Assembly (NCBI GenBank): GCA_001949185.1
Contig: BDGG01000002.1
Location: 8,665,990 to 8,729,989, forward strand
Direction: 5' to 3'
DNA from: Ramazzottius varieornatus
Lineage: Eukaryota; Animalia; Tardigrada
Length of the DNA stretch: 64,000 nt
Below the pieces are notes generated by a model. It did not search any database. It was given only the letters and a program-made list of their open reading frames with translations, and was not told where the DNA came from. Both the position numbers and the translations under genes were made by a program. Of this stretch, positions 52,453 through 64,000 are shown piece by piece (the first letter of the stretch is position 1; every line of letters starts with the position of its first letter).

Positions 52453-55000
52453 TAGTGCTACCAAATTATCGCGCACTCTGCCACGTGATGAGTCATCGTT
52501 GCCCATTTTGATCAGATGTTATCAGTCTAGCAGAGCATAAAAATGGTCCGTTAAGCGGAACTGAACTTCAATTAACGGAAGTTTCGGTCCGCTTCCGTTC
52601 TGGAATACCCGAAATTATTTCCGCTTTTTCCGTTCGGTTTCTGATAGGATGACGTTCCGCCCGTTCCGTTCTGATCGGACTGGCTGTTAGAAAATCAAAT
52701 AATTACGTAACACGGCCGCATAGCAGAGCACGTAAGCTATAGTTAAATACGGCTTGAATTCTGACCATCGCGCAACTCATTGAGCAAGTCGCTGGGTTGT
52801 ATCACAGATTCCTATGTATTCTGAATCGACTTGCATTAGTTTGGTTTTGGATTTAGTCCGCTGGTTTTGATATCGTCTCTTAATCTACCACGTCGCTGGC
52901 AGGCTGGATCATGTAAGTGTAGCTCATATTCGGTTAGATACGTTAAGATAATAGTGGTTTTGTAGGTCGGGACAGAGTTCGGGCGATGGAGGTGAAGTGG
53001 AGCTGATAGATCTGACCGGCGAAGCCTTGAAGAAGCGAGGTAGCGATTCAAAGCGAGCTGCGAAGAAAGTTAAGGCGTCAACCTCACTGCAGCTAAGAGG
53101 ACTTGAGGTAGCCGAGGTATAACGCGGCATCAAAGATGAGTCTTTGGCGACCAAAGAGAATGTGAGTGGGGGAAGTGCCGTGTGGGAAAATTTCTTACGA
53201 GTAGTCACAGTGGATACAGACGAGGTGCTGAACTTCGTTGCCTGTAAGAACTGCACTCAAGTGTACACTTTTTAGCAACAAGACTGGAACAACCTCGCTA
53301 TTACATCATTCAGCCAAGTGTAAGGAGAAAGCCGCAGGTTCGATACAGCAGTATCTGAAGGTCGGAGTAACGACGAGAGAAAAGCAACTCATGTCGGAAG
53401 CTCTTGCAAAGTAATATTGAAATTGCTAATTTGATCTTACGTTATTGTTTGACGGATTTTGATGTGTGCTATTGTTCAAAGATGCTGTGCTTTGGATTCT
53501 CAAGCATTTCGAGTTTGCGAAGGAAAAGGATTCGAGCTGATGATTGACACGGTGTTGGAGATAGCAAAAAAGCATAAAGGAGCTCCTTTTCCTGCTCGCG
53601 AACTTCTTCCATCTGCTACCACCGTTAGCACCAGCGTGACCAACCAAGCTAAAGCTCTACGGAAGATAAGTGTTCTAAAGCTGAAAAAGATCCTTCGAAC
53701 CAGAGGTGTCTGTATCAGCGTAGATGGATGGACGGAAGACTACACAAAGACCAAGTTCGTCCAATTCATCATCCATTACATACAGGACTGCATTCTAAAG
53801 GAAGAGCTGATTACTATATCTGAGTTCGATGCGACTAAGAGTCAGACAGGTAAGTTTAGATCTTACTCCTAATCAAAAGCATTGTCGGATTACGGGCTGG
53901 TGTTTTGCAGCTGGAGCAGTTCGTGACTTTGTGTTTAAGACTTTGGCAGACATTTGCATCTCAGAAGAAGAATGCGCGGACGTTACGTACATAACAGATG
54001 CTGCTGCTACTATGATTACTGCCTTCAGAGTTCCAAATAGAACCATTCTTGAACGTGTCAGCTGTGCTTGTCATATGCTCAACACATGCTTACAAAACTC
54101 AGTTAACCGGAAGCCAAATTCGCAGTTCAAACTGAGTGATGAAAGAGTTCCGATTTCAACCTTGATTCAGTCCTGTAAGTCGCTGGTAACGTACTGCAAG
54201 CAAGCCTATCTTAGCCGCCGTCTGTCGGTTGCCCCTGTTCAAGCGGTCGAAACGCGGTGGAACTCCAACCTGGACATGCTGGTTTCCATTATGCGGCTCT
54301 ACCCAGAACTCAAAGACATCTTGCAAGGAAGAGATGAAAGAAACCGACTTCCGGGACCTGTCGACTTTCTCCGTGCTGTGGTTGAGCTGCTGCGACCCTT
54401 CAAGACTGCCACGTTGGCTCTAGAGTCATCGAGCATGCCGACGATACACCTGGTTGTACCTTTCTTCATCAAAATCCGGACGCACGTCAGTCAGCCAATT
54501 TCTGAAGAGTTCCGATACTTACTCCAGTACAGCGCTCTTGTGGCATATCAGGTAAGATTAAACTTCTTTGACACCACATGACATGTTTCTCAGTCACTGA
54601 CGAACTTCCGTATTTGCAGAAACAGCTTAAAAAAGTCTGTGACGCTAAACTGGTCGTTGACGAACTACACAAAGCAGCAGTGTTTCTCAATCCAGCCATG
54701 AAAGGTCTCCTGATGTACCCTACCGCTGAACAAAGTGCGATTATCAATGGCGTGCAGAAAATGTGCGGAACAACCAGCTTTAGTTTCAGTTCCGAACATC
54801 GAAGTCTTCCGTTCAGTTCCGTTAAAAAAATTGCGATTGCTTTCCGCTCGTTTCCGTTTTCGTTTTCGTTTTTTTGGAAAATGTGGATTTGGTTTCCGGT
54901 TTATCGAACGGTTTTATGCTCTGCAGTCTAGTCTTCCGCCTCTCACCCGGGCATCATTTACTGCTCACGTGGTTGAGTGCGCTATAATTTGGTAGCACTA
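52453..55000. mobile_element. Small (~150 bp) MITE split by the hAT insertion
   Basis: TIR TAGTGCTACCAAATTAT(C/A)GCGCACTC at 52453-52478 and 54975-55000. Confidence 0.75.
52531..54923 (+). mobile_element. hAT (hobo/Hermes-like) DNA transposon, ~2.4 kb, with an intron-containing defective transposase
   Basis: TIR CAGAGCATAAAA, perfect 8-bp TSD CAGTCTAG, TTCCG subterminal repeats. Transposase has a BED finger (VWENF..CKNC..GTTSLLHH), SVDGWT, ITDAA, CACHMLN and ETRWNS. Stop at ~53120, frameshift at ~53270, C-terminal domain missing. Confidence 0.92.
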
Positions 55001-57547
55001 AAGTGAAGAAGGTGCTTGTCTTCTCTTGATCAAAGTCCTTTGCTGTGCTTTGTATGCGCAACCCCTCTGCCACCGCAGTAACGTGTCCACAACCGGCACC
55101 TGCTGATAAAATTCAACCACGAGAAGATAAGCACTTCCTTCACTGAACTGAAGCACAAATTATAGCAAAGTATCCCACAAACCAAACCAGTAGGAATGCT
55201 CTATTTAAGCCACGGCAACGTCCCATTTCTACACAATGACTTCTTGACAAACGAACGCCGAAATTCGCCTTTTCGTCAAACTGAAATATGTCTAGTATAT
55301 AATGTACACGATATTGTTTCTCGTAAACGTCGACTTGGTTCCGGCATTATGGTTGCCCTTGCACAGCCTTATACAAGAAACGCGGCCAGGCACATCCATC
55401 TCGGTTAGAAGTTAGGAGAGAAACAGCAAAGGCGGGTACATTTAGTCGACCAGATTGTTATGAGTGACGAGGTCGTTATGAAGAACTACGCAGACTCTGT
55501 GAACACTCGGAAAAGCTATTGTTGGTGTGGTAGGCGATATTATGTGCAACCACGTAGTCGCTTACTTAATCTCGATCAACTAGCGTCCGAAAATGAATTA
55601 TTGGCAACTAGGTTGGCTACCCCCTGACTTTTGTAAACTGAAAACTCGCACGGCGCGTTTGGTGGAAGTTCCGAGACTTCCCGTAGCTGGACTGGTTTCA
55701 TTCCACTATGAAGAAGCCCCTGTCGGCCATGAGGACATTGAAAGGTCACAGAAGCTGCTTGGCGGTGAGAAGAAAATGTTTGAGAATCACGTAGTGGAGT
55801 AGCATGAGAATTATTTCCTACGTACAGGATGGATTAAGATATACCTGTCTCGTCCACCTCTCACCGTCCTCACACCAGACGAAGCCAGAGACTTATTGTA
55901 ACAGTGGAAAATTTCCACGGAGCAGCCAGTGATTTAACGAAAGATCTTGTCCAAAATATTTGATGTCGCTGCCGGAAGCTTGAAAAGGAATGGGAATTTG
56001 GGTTCAAGCGCACGTCAGCCAGTCTTCTTGTGGACCCGCGGTCCGTGAGGTTCTCTGGCTCACAATGGTAAAACAGGTCTCGGTCCACGCGATTTTAAGA
56101 CTTTTATTAGGGGGGCCCTATGCTGTTCCGTGAGATTTTCTGAAGCTTCGCTGGCCACATAGTCTGGTCCGTCAGATTTTCGGTCCCTGACGCGCGTTTG
56201 GTTGGGTTGAAAACTACGTAAGTCTTAATACTACAATCTTTTGGCTGATAGCTGTGGTAGGCGCTTTATAATGAAGTTGCTTGCTTACGCTGATCGCCGA
56301 ACCTGATGCGTTCACAAAGTCGACATTGTTGGCGTCGGAGTTAGGTGAAACGTGGTTGAAATAACACATCTCATAATTTATTCAACTTTAGAAACGGCTT
56401 TTGGGTTGTTACGACTAACCCACTGCTGGGTTGATTATTATGTACAGTATATAGCTCGCGGATCTTGTCTGAGAACCGGCAATGAAAGCAACATGCAGCG
56501 GCCTGTTGGTTATTGATTTGAGCACCCATCACATGATGACAATACGTCTTTCTTTCATCTTCGCTAAGTTTTACAGGAGAGACTCAATAGCCTGATCGAT
56601 AAAGTTGCGGCTCGTTGAATACCGTACATGGAATATCGACAAGCAGAGACACTGAAATCCACGTACAGGCAAGATTGGAAGCCTCACTGTATCAACAAGT
56701 TTACTGCGCGAACCATAACCGTATGAATGTTGTCGATGAATTGAACATGAGGCAACCGGGACACAATCCGGAAAGCGGAAGCGCATTGAGTTGGTCTTGT
56801 GAGTGTCGTCCGTGCAGCTGCCGTGGAGTTGATGGTGTAATTGTGAGGTGCAGCGGTCCCGTTGGCAGGTTCAGATACCCCTCCCCCCGTAGCAGAAAAG
56901 GGTCTTGCGGTGTTTCTTTCATTCCGCTCGTGTGGTTCTTCTTCCGTATATATCCGCCGTAACCGTTACTTTTCCAGCGGCCGGCTGGCTGCAGCTTATC
57001 GTGGTCCGGTCTCTGGCGAGAGGCTTCCGTCGCGCCTCTGTTCGGCAATCCAGTACTCCGATGAACCGGAAGGTCGGGTCAGTAGGCAGTTTCGGCAGGC
57101 GAACTGGTGGGCAACTATGCGCATTCGCCATCGGCATTTCCTAACATCGTCCTTATTAAGGTCAATGTTGTGGTACGCCTCGTACCGAGCTACGTATATT
57201 TTTCACACTACCTATGCCGATTTTCGACATACCGCCCAAGATTGCTGGGATCGCCAATACGATGTATTAGCTGAGCTCCATCACCGACTGCCTTCTGCTT
57301 TACTTTCTATCGTATGTCTGCGGGAGACTTTGGTAGTCACAACTTACAGGCCGGAGAAGTTAAGACAGCCGTTTTAGAGAAGTAACGACTTAACAACGCC
57401 GACTACACTAATTATAGTTTATTTCAACTTCTGTTGTTGTCCCGCAAGCCATGTATCAATGTTGTCCGAGTGTGTAGTACCGCCACAATTGTGCCACCAT
57501 GGACGTGCGCGCACATGCAGTACTTGAACCAAGCAGGGATACAGTAA

Positions 57548-60500
57548 CTATTCCACACGTACTATCCAGAAAGTTTCACCAGAGACAGAGCAAGTAGTGG
57601 GGTTGCCTTGCATCACTGGCATCAGGCTCGGTCGAAAACTCGGATTACCGGTGCGTTTGCGACCCTCCAAGCGGCCAAACTTTTCGGAATCGATGATCCA
57701 CCAGCTTTGGTTTGCTGTATCATATGCTCTGCAAACAAAATCCACCAACCTGACGAATGCCTCAACTATTTAAAGTATGATTTGTAACTACTACTTCTTT
57801 ACCTGGCATGGACGAACTTGATGCTTAACAGCAGCCCGGACACTATGATCAACAGACAGGCGGCTGTCACTGAAGCAGCAACCGTCGTCTTTGAGGCGAC
57901 ATCTGCCGAACAAAAAAAACTGTAACTAGCGATTGGAACTGATGCTTTTCAATCGACAGTTTTGTAAGCAGTACCGTGGCATAAGTCGTTTCTGAAGCCA
58001 CACCGGGGAATGTCCGGTGGTGGATTCCCCGTTGGGTTCACCCACAACGCTGCCAGAGTAGGGCGTGTCACAGTTAGACGATCGGTGATGACCTCATATC
58101 TCCAAGTCTCCTGCAATGGAAATCAGGCTGGCTATGATCGACGTAATATGGAATGAGTGTGCTCGTCAAAGTTCTCAACGCACAAGAAGTGATCCATTGG
58201 CTGGCTCCATGCGGAAGAACTGGACATCATTCATGCGAAGACCTTTGTCGTTAAGGATTACGGGTCGCGCCGGATATTCAAAACGTCTGTTCCTAAACCT
58301 TTGCGCGAACTTCCACCCACTGACACCACCCCTTTCTACTTCGTCGTAGCTTTCGTTTAGTACCTGTCAGGGAAATTTTCGTCTTTTCATCGTAGTACAG
58401 TACAATGTAGAATAGGATCCGGACCAGGGATCTTACCGCAGCGAACACTTCGTAAGCCTCGTAGACGGAGATCGCCAGGTCGTTAAACTGCAGCAAGAAA
58501 ATCAGGTGCTTTAGAAAATCGTTCTAGCCAGCGCAGAGTTTCAACTTTCAAGTTCCACAGAATAACTAACCCTTTGGTCTCCTTTCATAGATCTGTTGAA
58601 CTTTGCACGCGTGGTATCCGATATTAGGTCTATGATGTCCGTGATCTTCTCCCAATCGGGATTCGGATTGACTACCTCGATCACCGATCGGAAGCCTTCA
58701 TAGGCTTCCTGCACCAAAAGACAAACAGCAACACCATCTATGCATATGTCCCTTCACTCTGCTCCACCCTGCGGTATCTACAAACCTCATCGTCTACGTC
58801 GGAATTCTGCCATGTGAAAGAGCCAAGGGTCGGAACTTGGGTCGTCTGCGAGCTGATGTAGACCTGCAACAACGATGGGTGAAATCGTATGCTATTTTTC
58901 CAGTCGTTAATAAGGTTGGTTAAATAGTAGTGTCCCCACTTACATAACTTCCGTCAGTCATGTTGAGACGATGTGCTGCCACCTGCAACGAGCTCATTAG
59001 TAAGTAACCAGGTCGCAAGCACACGTTTCTACGACGCACTGTACATGCTCGTACAAAAATGAGTTTAGCGATTTCAAAATAGCCAAAAAGGAGGGAGATG
59101 GAACTATATGTGGGAGTTCAGAGAGAGCTGAGAAATAGAGTGTGTCTACTGCAGTGGTACAGTGTCTATTGCCTCTGCTGAAATTTCTTTGAAACAAATC
59201 CCTCGAAAGAGATTTCTTCATGCTAAGTGTCTCTTTTGGATCAGTGGTGTTTTTGTAGGGAGAACGCCCTTTATGCCGCTCATTTTCAGTTTCAAAAGAT
59301 GTAAAAGAAGCAAAAAGAATCCTAGCATAAGCTAGACTTGCTGGTTACGAGTATCTGTGGTTAATACAACTAGGGAGTTCACTATCTTCTCATTTCAGCT
59401 GTTGTTTGATTACTTGAAAATACGGGTTTTACCGCACCGGCGGCTGGAGGTTCAGACCCAGTCGAAATTCAAGCTTTTTGCCAGATTTCCCGTTGTTTTG
59501 CGCGTTCCGGTAGGCAGCCGACTTTTATCGGAAAAACATAGTACTGTTGGTAGCGCACGCCAACAGCAGCTCAACATGTGCGAGGGCGCGGACACACTCC
59601 CTTGGATACAGCGGATTCGTGCGGATCCGTCCATCTCTCTAATTGTGCAGTATGTCTGATAGGAATAGCTGCTAGCCAAATCTCTTTTTTCAGCTCGTTC
59701 CGCGCTGCCAGATGTATCTATGAGAGTAACTTTATTTCGTGCGAGACGTGGCCTGGCCTACCATAATGCTTCTGACAAATGCTGGCAGAGTGACGATGAT
59801 TACCACTGTAACAGGAAAAAATGACTTTAGTAAATTTGAAGGACAAACATTTCCGCAGCTAAAAATTTTTATTTGCAGGAAAAAGTACTGGCCTCGGCTT
59901 AGCTGCTGTACTTTTCGCAGCACAGTAAAATAGTCGTTGGCGATATTGCTCTTGGAATCAAAGGGGACGAGGTGAAGCTGAAAGTCTCCCACGGCGGCAT
60001 CCAACTTGCGTTTGATGGTGTTACAGGATATGACGTAAAAGGTGCTGAGGGCGCCAAACTGAGAAAGACTGTCGCAGAGGATGGAGACAATTCGCCATCG
60101 ATGCTTTCTCAAGAATAGTTGTACAGCGATGGAAATAGAACGGTGGTCCACAGTGGGAAATGTGGTAACTGTTGGGTATCTTCGTTTATCCGCCAACGAC
60201 GGATCACTGCCCAGACTACGAATACACTTTCTAGCTCCTAAGCTCGGACAGTAAACGTCACCAGTGCACGAAGGTCAACATACCTGGAAAACAACGGGAC
60301 ATTCCACTCTGAAACCAGAAGACCAGACCACCTTACCACCTTTCCACGTACGATACCGGTCGCTAACCAAAAAGGTAACGCAACGGACAATGAACAATGT
60401 GCCCATACCTCTCGCAAAATCGCCGAGCACAGTTATTTCCAGACTGCATCCTGGAGAGAAAAAAAGGCGTAGGTAGAGAGGCAAGACGAAAGAGCTCGGT

Positions 60501-61743
60501 CACTATGGTGAAACACCAGACTTCTAGCTAACAAGAAGATTATGCCTGTCCCCATCTCTTGCTGGTCAAACTGTCCGGGCAAAACGATGGACCAGACCAT
60601 CTTCTGCGATCTGAGCCGGGAAGTCAAATCCCGCGACGACACTGATCAAGCTCATTACCCGGAAGTAACGGATCTAAACTACTGCACCAACATACGCTCT
60701 TTGGTTGCGAGCTTGATTGAAGAGATCGTAATTCAGCCGATCAGCTGTTTTTTCAGATTGTAAGTGCATGTCCTGTTATGGCGCATCTTCCAGTGTGTTT
60801 TGGCACGCTGTTCGGTCATCCTGTTAATCAGCTGCTCAACTTGTATCGAATTTCTTCTGCCAACACTCCCAATCAAAGAGCCTTACGTCACTGCAGCAGA
60901 TTGGACCGGTCAATAAACGTCTATTTCAGAGTCCTGTGATCTAATCCAGGATCGTCGCGGGATTTAGCTTCCCAGCTCAGCTTCAAGTAGAGAGTCTGTT
61001 CTACTGTTTCGCCGCGATAGCTTGGCCAGCAAGAGTTGGGGACAAGCATAATATCCTTGTAAGCATCTGCTGCAAATTTCGTCCGTTCAGGCGTGAGAAG
61101 TGTGCTTCATACTTCACAGAGAAAACGGAGGTATGGTATGATGAAGGACCCGCACAACGGGCGTGTTTTGCGTCCAGACAACTACCAGTTCGTAGGCTAA
61201 ATGTACAGTAGTTGATCCGATAACCAGAGGGAGCTCACCTGGGCAGAAAAGCACCGACAAGCCGGTCGACGGACTCCCAGCCAAAATTTCGGAGATATTG
61301 TGGGATATCAAGGGAACGGTGAGGGCTCCGTCGGGGCAAGTGACTTTACTGGTACTGTAAAGTGCATAACGAGAGACGTTGGCAAAGGCTCTTGGGTACA
61401 GTTCCTGCATCTTCACAAAGGCCACTTCGAAGACAGGAGCGGAGGCACTGTAGCCTATGGAAAAGTTAAAGTTTAATTACCGGCTACTTCCAGCATTCTG
61501 CGCTTCAAGCTGATTATCTCAGACTGCTCATAAAGAAGGAAGGTACAGTATATAGGGGTCGAAACTGTAAACATACATACCGTAAAACGGATTGTCACTG
61601 TTGATCACTGTGATAATTTGGACGTCCAAACCCACTGTTCCATTGAAGAGGCAGCCAAAAACTTGAAAAAAAGTAAATGCAACGTGCAAGTATTTATGGA
61701 AGAATAAGAAAAATGTATTAGCTCTACTCTGGTACGCCGACAT
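57548..61743 (-). CDS. ANF-receptor ligand-binding domain + TM + short tail (NPR-C-like architecture), apparently intact, ~14 exons
   Basis: SAPVFEVA, LFCP|GCS, EWNVPLF, LADKRRYPT, LRKHRWR, AHRLNMTDGSY, FTWQNSDVDDE, LNDKGLR, PPPDIPRCGFRNDLC, TM VAASVTAACLLIIVSGLLL, tail QSWWIIDSEKF..VE*. Confidence 0.85.
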
Positions 61744-63704
61744 TGTCGGCAACCTCTTGTCCAGAAAGCTCTGCGGCTGACATGTAACTGCGGAAGAATC
61801 CCGCACTTATATGTCGGCCAGACTATAGATCAGCGTTACGGGAACGTTGGGGCTTCTGATACTGCAGGATCATCCATGCCCAAGTTCCAATATCTTCCAA
61901 GATCGTTACACTGCTGCTTGTGAGACAAGCAGACCATTCGAGTGGAGTCTTCCTTGTGAATATTGACAATATTGGGAGGAACTTTATCGACCCTATTGTT
62001 TAGACTATGCTTTCAGAGTCTTAATCAATGAGGTCTGCTTCTCTGCACGATGCGCACTCTGACGTTGTGTTTCAGGTAGGTCCTTGTTTTCAGCAGAGAA
62101 TCTGAGAATACATCACGCTAAGTGATCCTCTCTTCCCTTTTCGCATCTACAGTGGTTTATGATACTGACAATCCCATTGCGTTTACTACTGCTAAGTGTC
62201 ACAGCAGAGAATCAAGATATATGGGTAGCTGCGGCACGTTCCCAGTACAATCAATTCTGCTTCCTAAGCGTTTTTTGACTTGAAGTTGTTGGGAATATCA
62301 AGGGGCATCGTGCGGTAAGGTGCCGTACCTCGCCGTGGTTCAAAGTCTCTGAAAATGTTCGCCCTTGTGGGAAGACACTCTGGAAAGTTTCAGGGGTAAC
62401 CACTAACTGAAACCCCTTCCAGGGGGTTGGATGTCAGAACGACTACCTACGCACTTTCATGCTGCATGACGTTATCCTAACTTCAAAACTTTCTGAGTGA
62501 AAAATTAGAATCCCTTCAGACTTTTCCGATGTAGCCATCTGACCACTGGTCAGACGGCCAAATGGACTTCACCATCGTGTTCCGCGATGTCTGCTACGTA
62601 AGATAGCGTTGGCACTTCAACTTTGCCCTTGGGGTCCTAAAACTTAAAACTGGTTTCCTGAACGATTTGGTCAGAGGTCGGTTGTACTGGGAATGGGCCG
62701 CAGCTACCCATAAAGTACATGCAGTGTTGAAAATGCATTCCATCCTGAGGTCATGTGATCCGCTTACGAATAGTTAATGTCCTGAAATCACGTGACCTCC
62801 GGATGGAATGTATTTTTTACACTGTATATATAGTATATGATATTTGATTGCTTGTTGAGATGACATGCAGTTTTGATGCAGTAGAATTGCAAAACCTCAT
62901 ACAACAGACCAGGCTTTTTTGCAGCGCCGAAGAGCGTGCTGGCTCGAACCCTAATGCCGCCAATCAGTATTGACAATACCGCAAAGCCCAATGCAATTGG
63001 GTAGGTCAATGCACGCGATGGAAGCGTTCAATGTAACGTAATGTTGAGTCCTTCACCGTGGACGAACAGCAGTATACGTGGCCACGTATACTGCTGAACC
63101 ATACTTATATACACCTATATACATCAGCGCATTCCATTTTGGACAAATCACTCAGACACGATTACATCCATTCGGTACAGCCAGGGACAACCTGTAAAAC
63201 CAGCCAGCGAACGATGCAAACTCGGCTCTGGCTACCACGTGACGATCTAGTGATAAATGAGAAGCTAATGTTCGATATATAGATGGCTTGTGTTTCTTCA
63301 ATGAAAAAAGGTTCGGTGCAGGCTTCGATCTGGCACTATGTGATCTGGGCGCATGGGTGAGCAGGACAATAGAGAGGTTGATACGGAACTCGAGCAGTGT
63401 AAGAAATCGGAGTAGCGTGAGAGCCTGGCACTGCCCACTCCTTACTGTACTCGGAAGAGGTCAAGACTCGCTACTTAGTGCACTCGACTACCGTAATTAT
63501 TCCTCGGAGTTTTCCCAAAACATCCATTTTTTGTTCCTACGTGATTTTAGAGGAATCTCTAAAATCATAGAATTTTGGATTGAGTACTAGTGTGGGATAA
63601 AATTAAAATTCAGCTCTAGTTAGCAAAGCAAAAACGAGATCGACGAGACGACCCCAAAAGCTACGGTTAAAAGGTAAGTCAACTCAAGTAACTTGCTAAC
63701 GCTA

Positions 63705-64000
63705 CGAAGTAAACGACATAATTCGGGCATAGTGGTTTTCCACTCGTAATTTGGGCATATTTTTTCTCACCTCCTGCTGCGTGTAACGAACTGCTTTTTA
63801 TTTCGTGAGGTAGACTGATCCCTTTTTTCGAGATTTTAATAGGTTTGAGAACGACAAAGCGTTGTGAATCACGGGAATCCGGTCTGGGAGAAAGATGGAT
63901 CTGTTCAATGTTAAAAAGCCAAGTGGCGTATCAACAGGCGTACAATGAGAGATGAATCAAGCGTTGACGATCATTTTCAAACTTTTCGCGTTGCCCGAAT
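63705..64000. mobile_element. Tc1/mariner-type MITE (copy 2; runs off the window end)
   Basis: ta|CGAAGTAAACGACATAATTCGGGCATA; colinear with 40534-40830. Confidence 0.85.

Noticed and set aside
55490-55640. SWIM-like CxC..CxH fragment (Mutator remnant)
   Set aside because: It needs a frameshift and has no supporting transposase motifs.
58320-58345. Apparent frameshift in the second ANF receptor
   Set aside because: Recounting the C run gives an open frame (VERGGVSGWKF).

Overview
Eukaryotic (animal) genomic DNA with compact genes and mostly short (about 50-100 nt) GT-AG introns. The gene content and intron style suggest a tardigrade such as Ramazzottius; this is inference only. Genes assembled by hand-splicing the ORF fragments: an HDAC6/10-like pseudogene; a secreted CBM14 chitin-binding protein; a GPI-type Ly6/quiver-like protein; a GT31 galactosyltransferase-like protein lacking the DxD motif; three ANF-receptor/receptor-guanylyl-cyclase family genes; an orphan secreted protein; two tandem annexins; a WIP/verprolin homologue; a TMEM121-like gene; a small Cys-motif membrane protein; and two tandem class A GPCRs (one frameshifted). 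Between them lie a Tc1 element, an intron-containing hAT element, an RLE non-LTR retrotransposon remnant and many MITE-like elements. The most interesting signal is that none of the three ANF-receptor genes appears able to make cGMP alone. One is full-length with a cyclase domain missing its catalytic Asp/Asn/Arg, and two stop just after the transmembrane helix with a shared WWxID tail. All exon boundaries were read by eye and are approximate.
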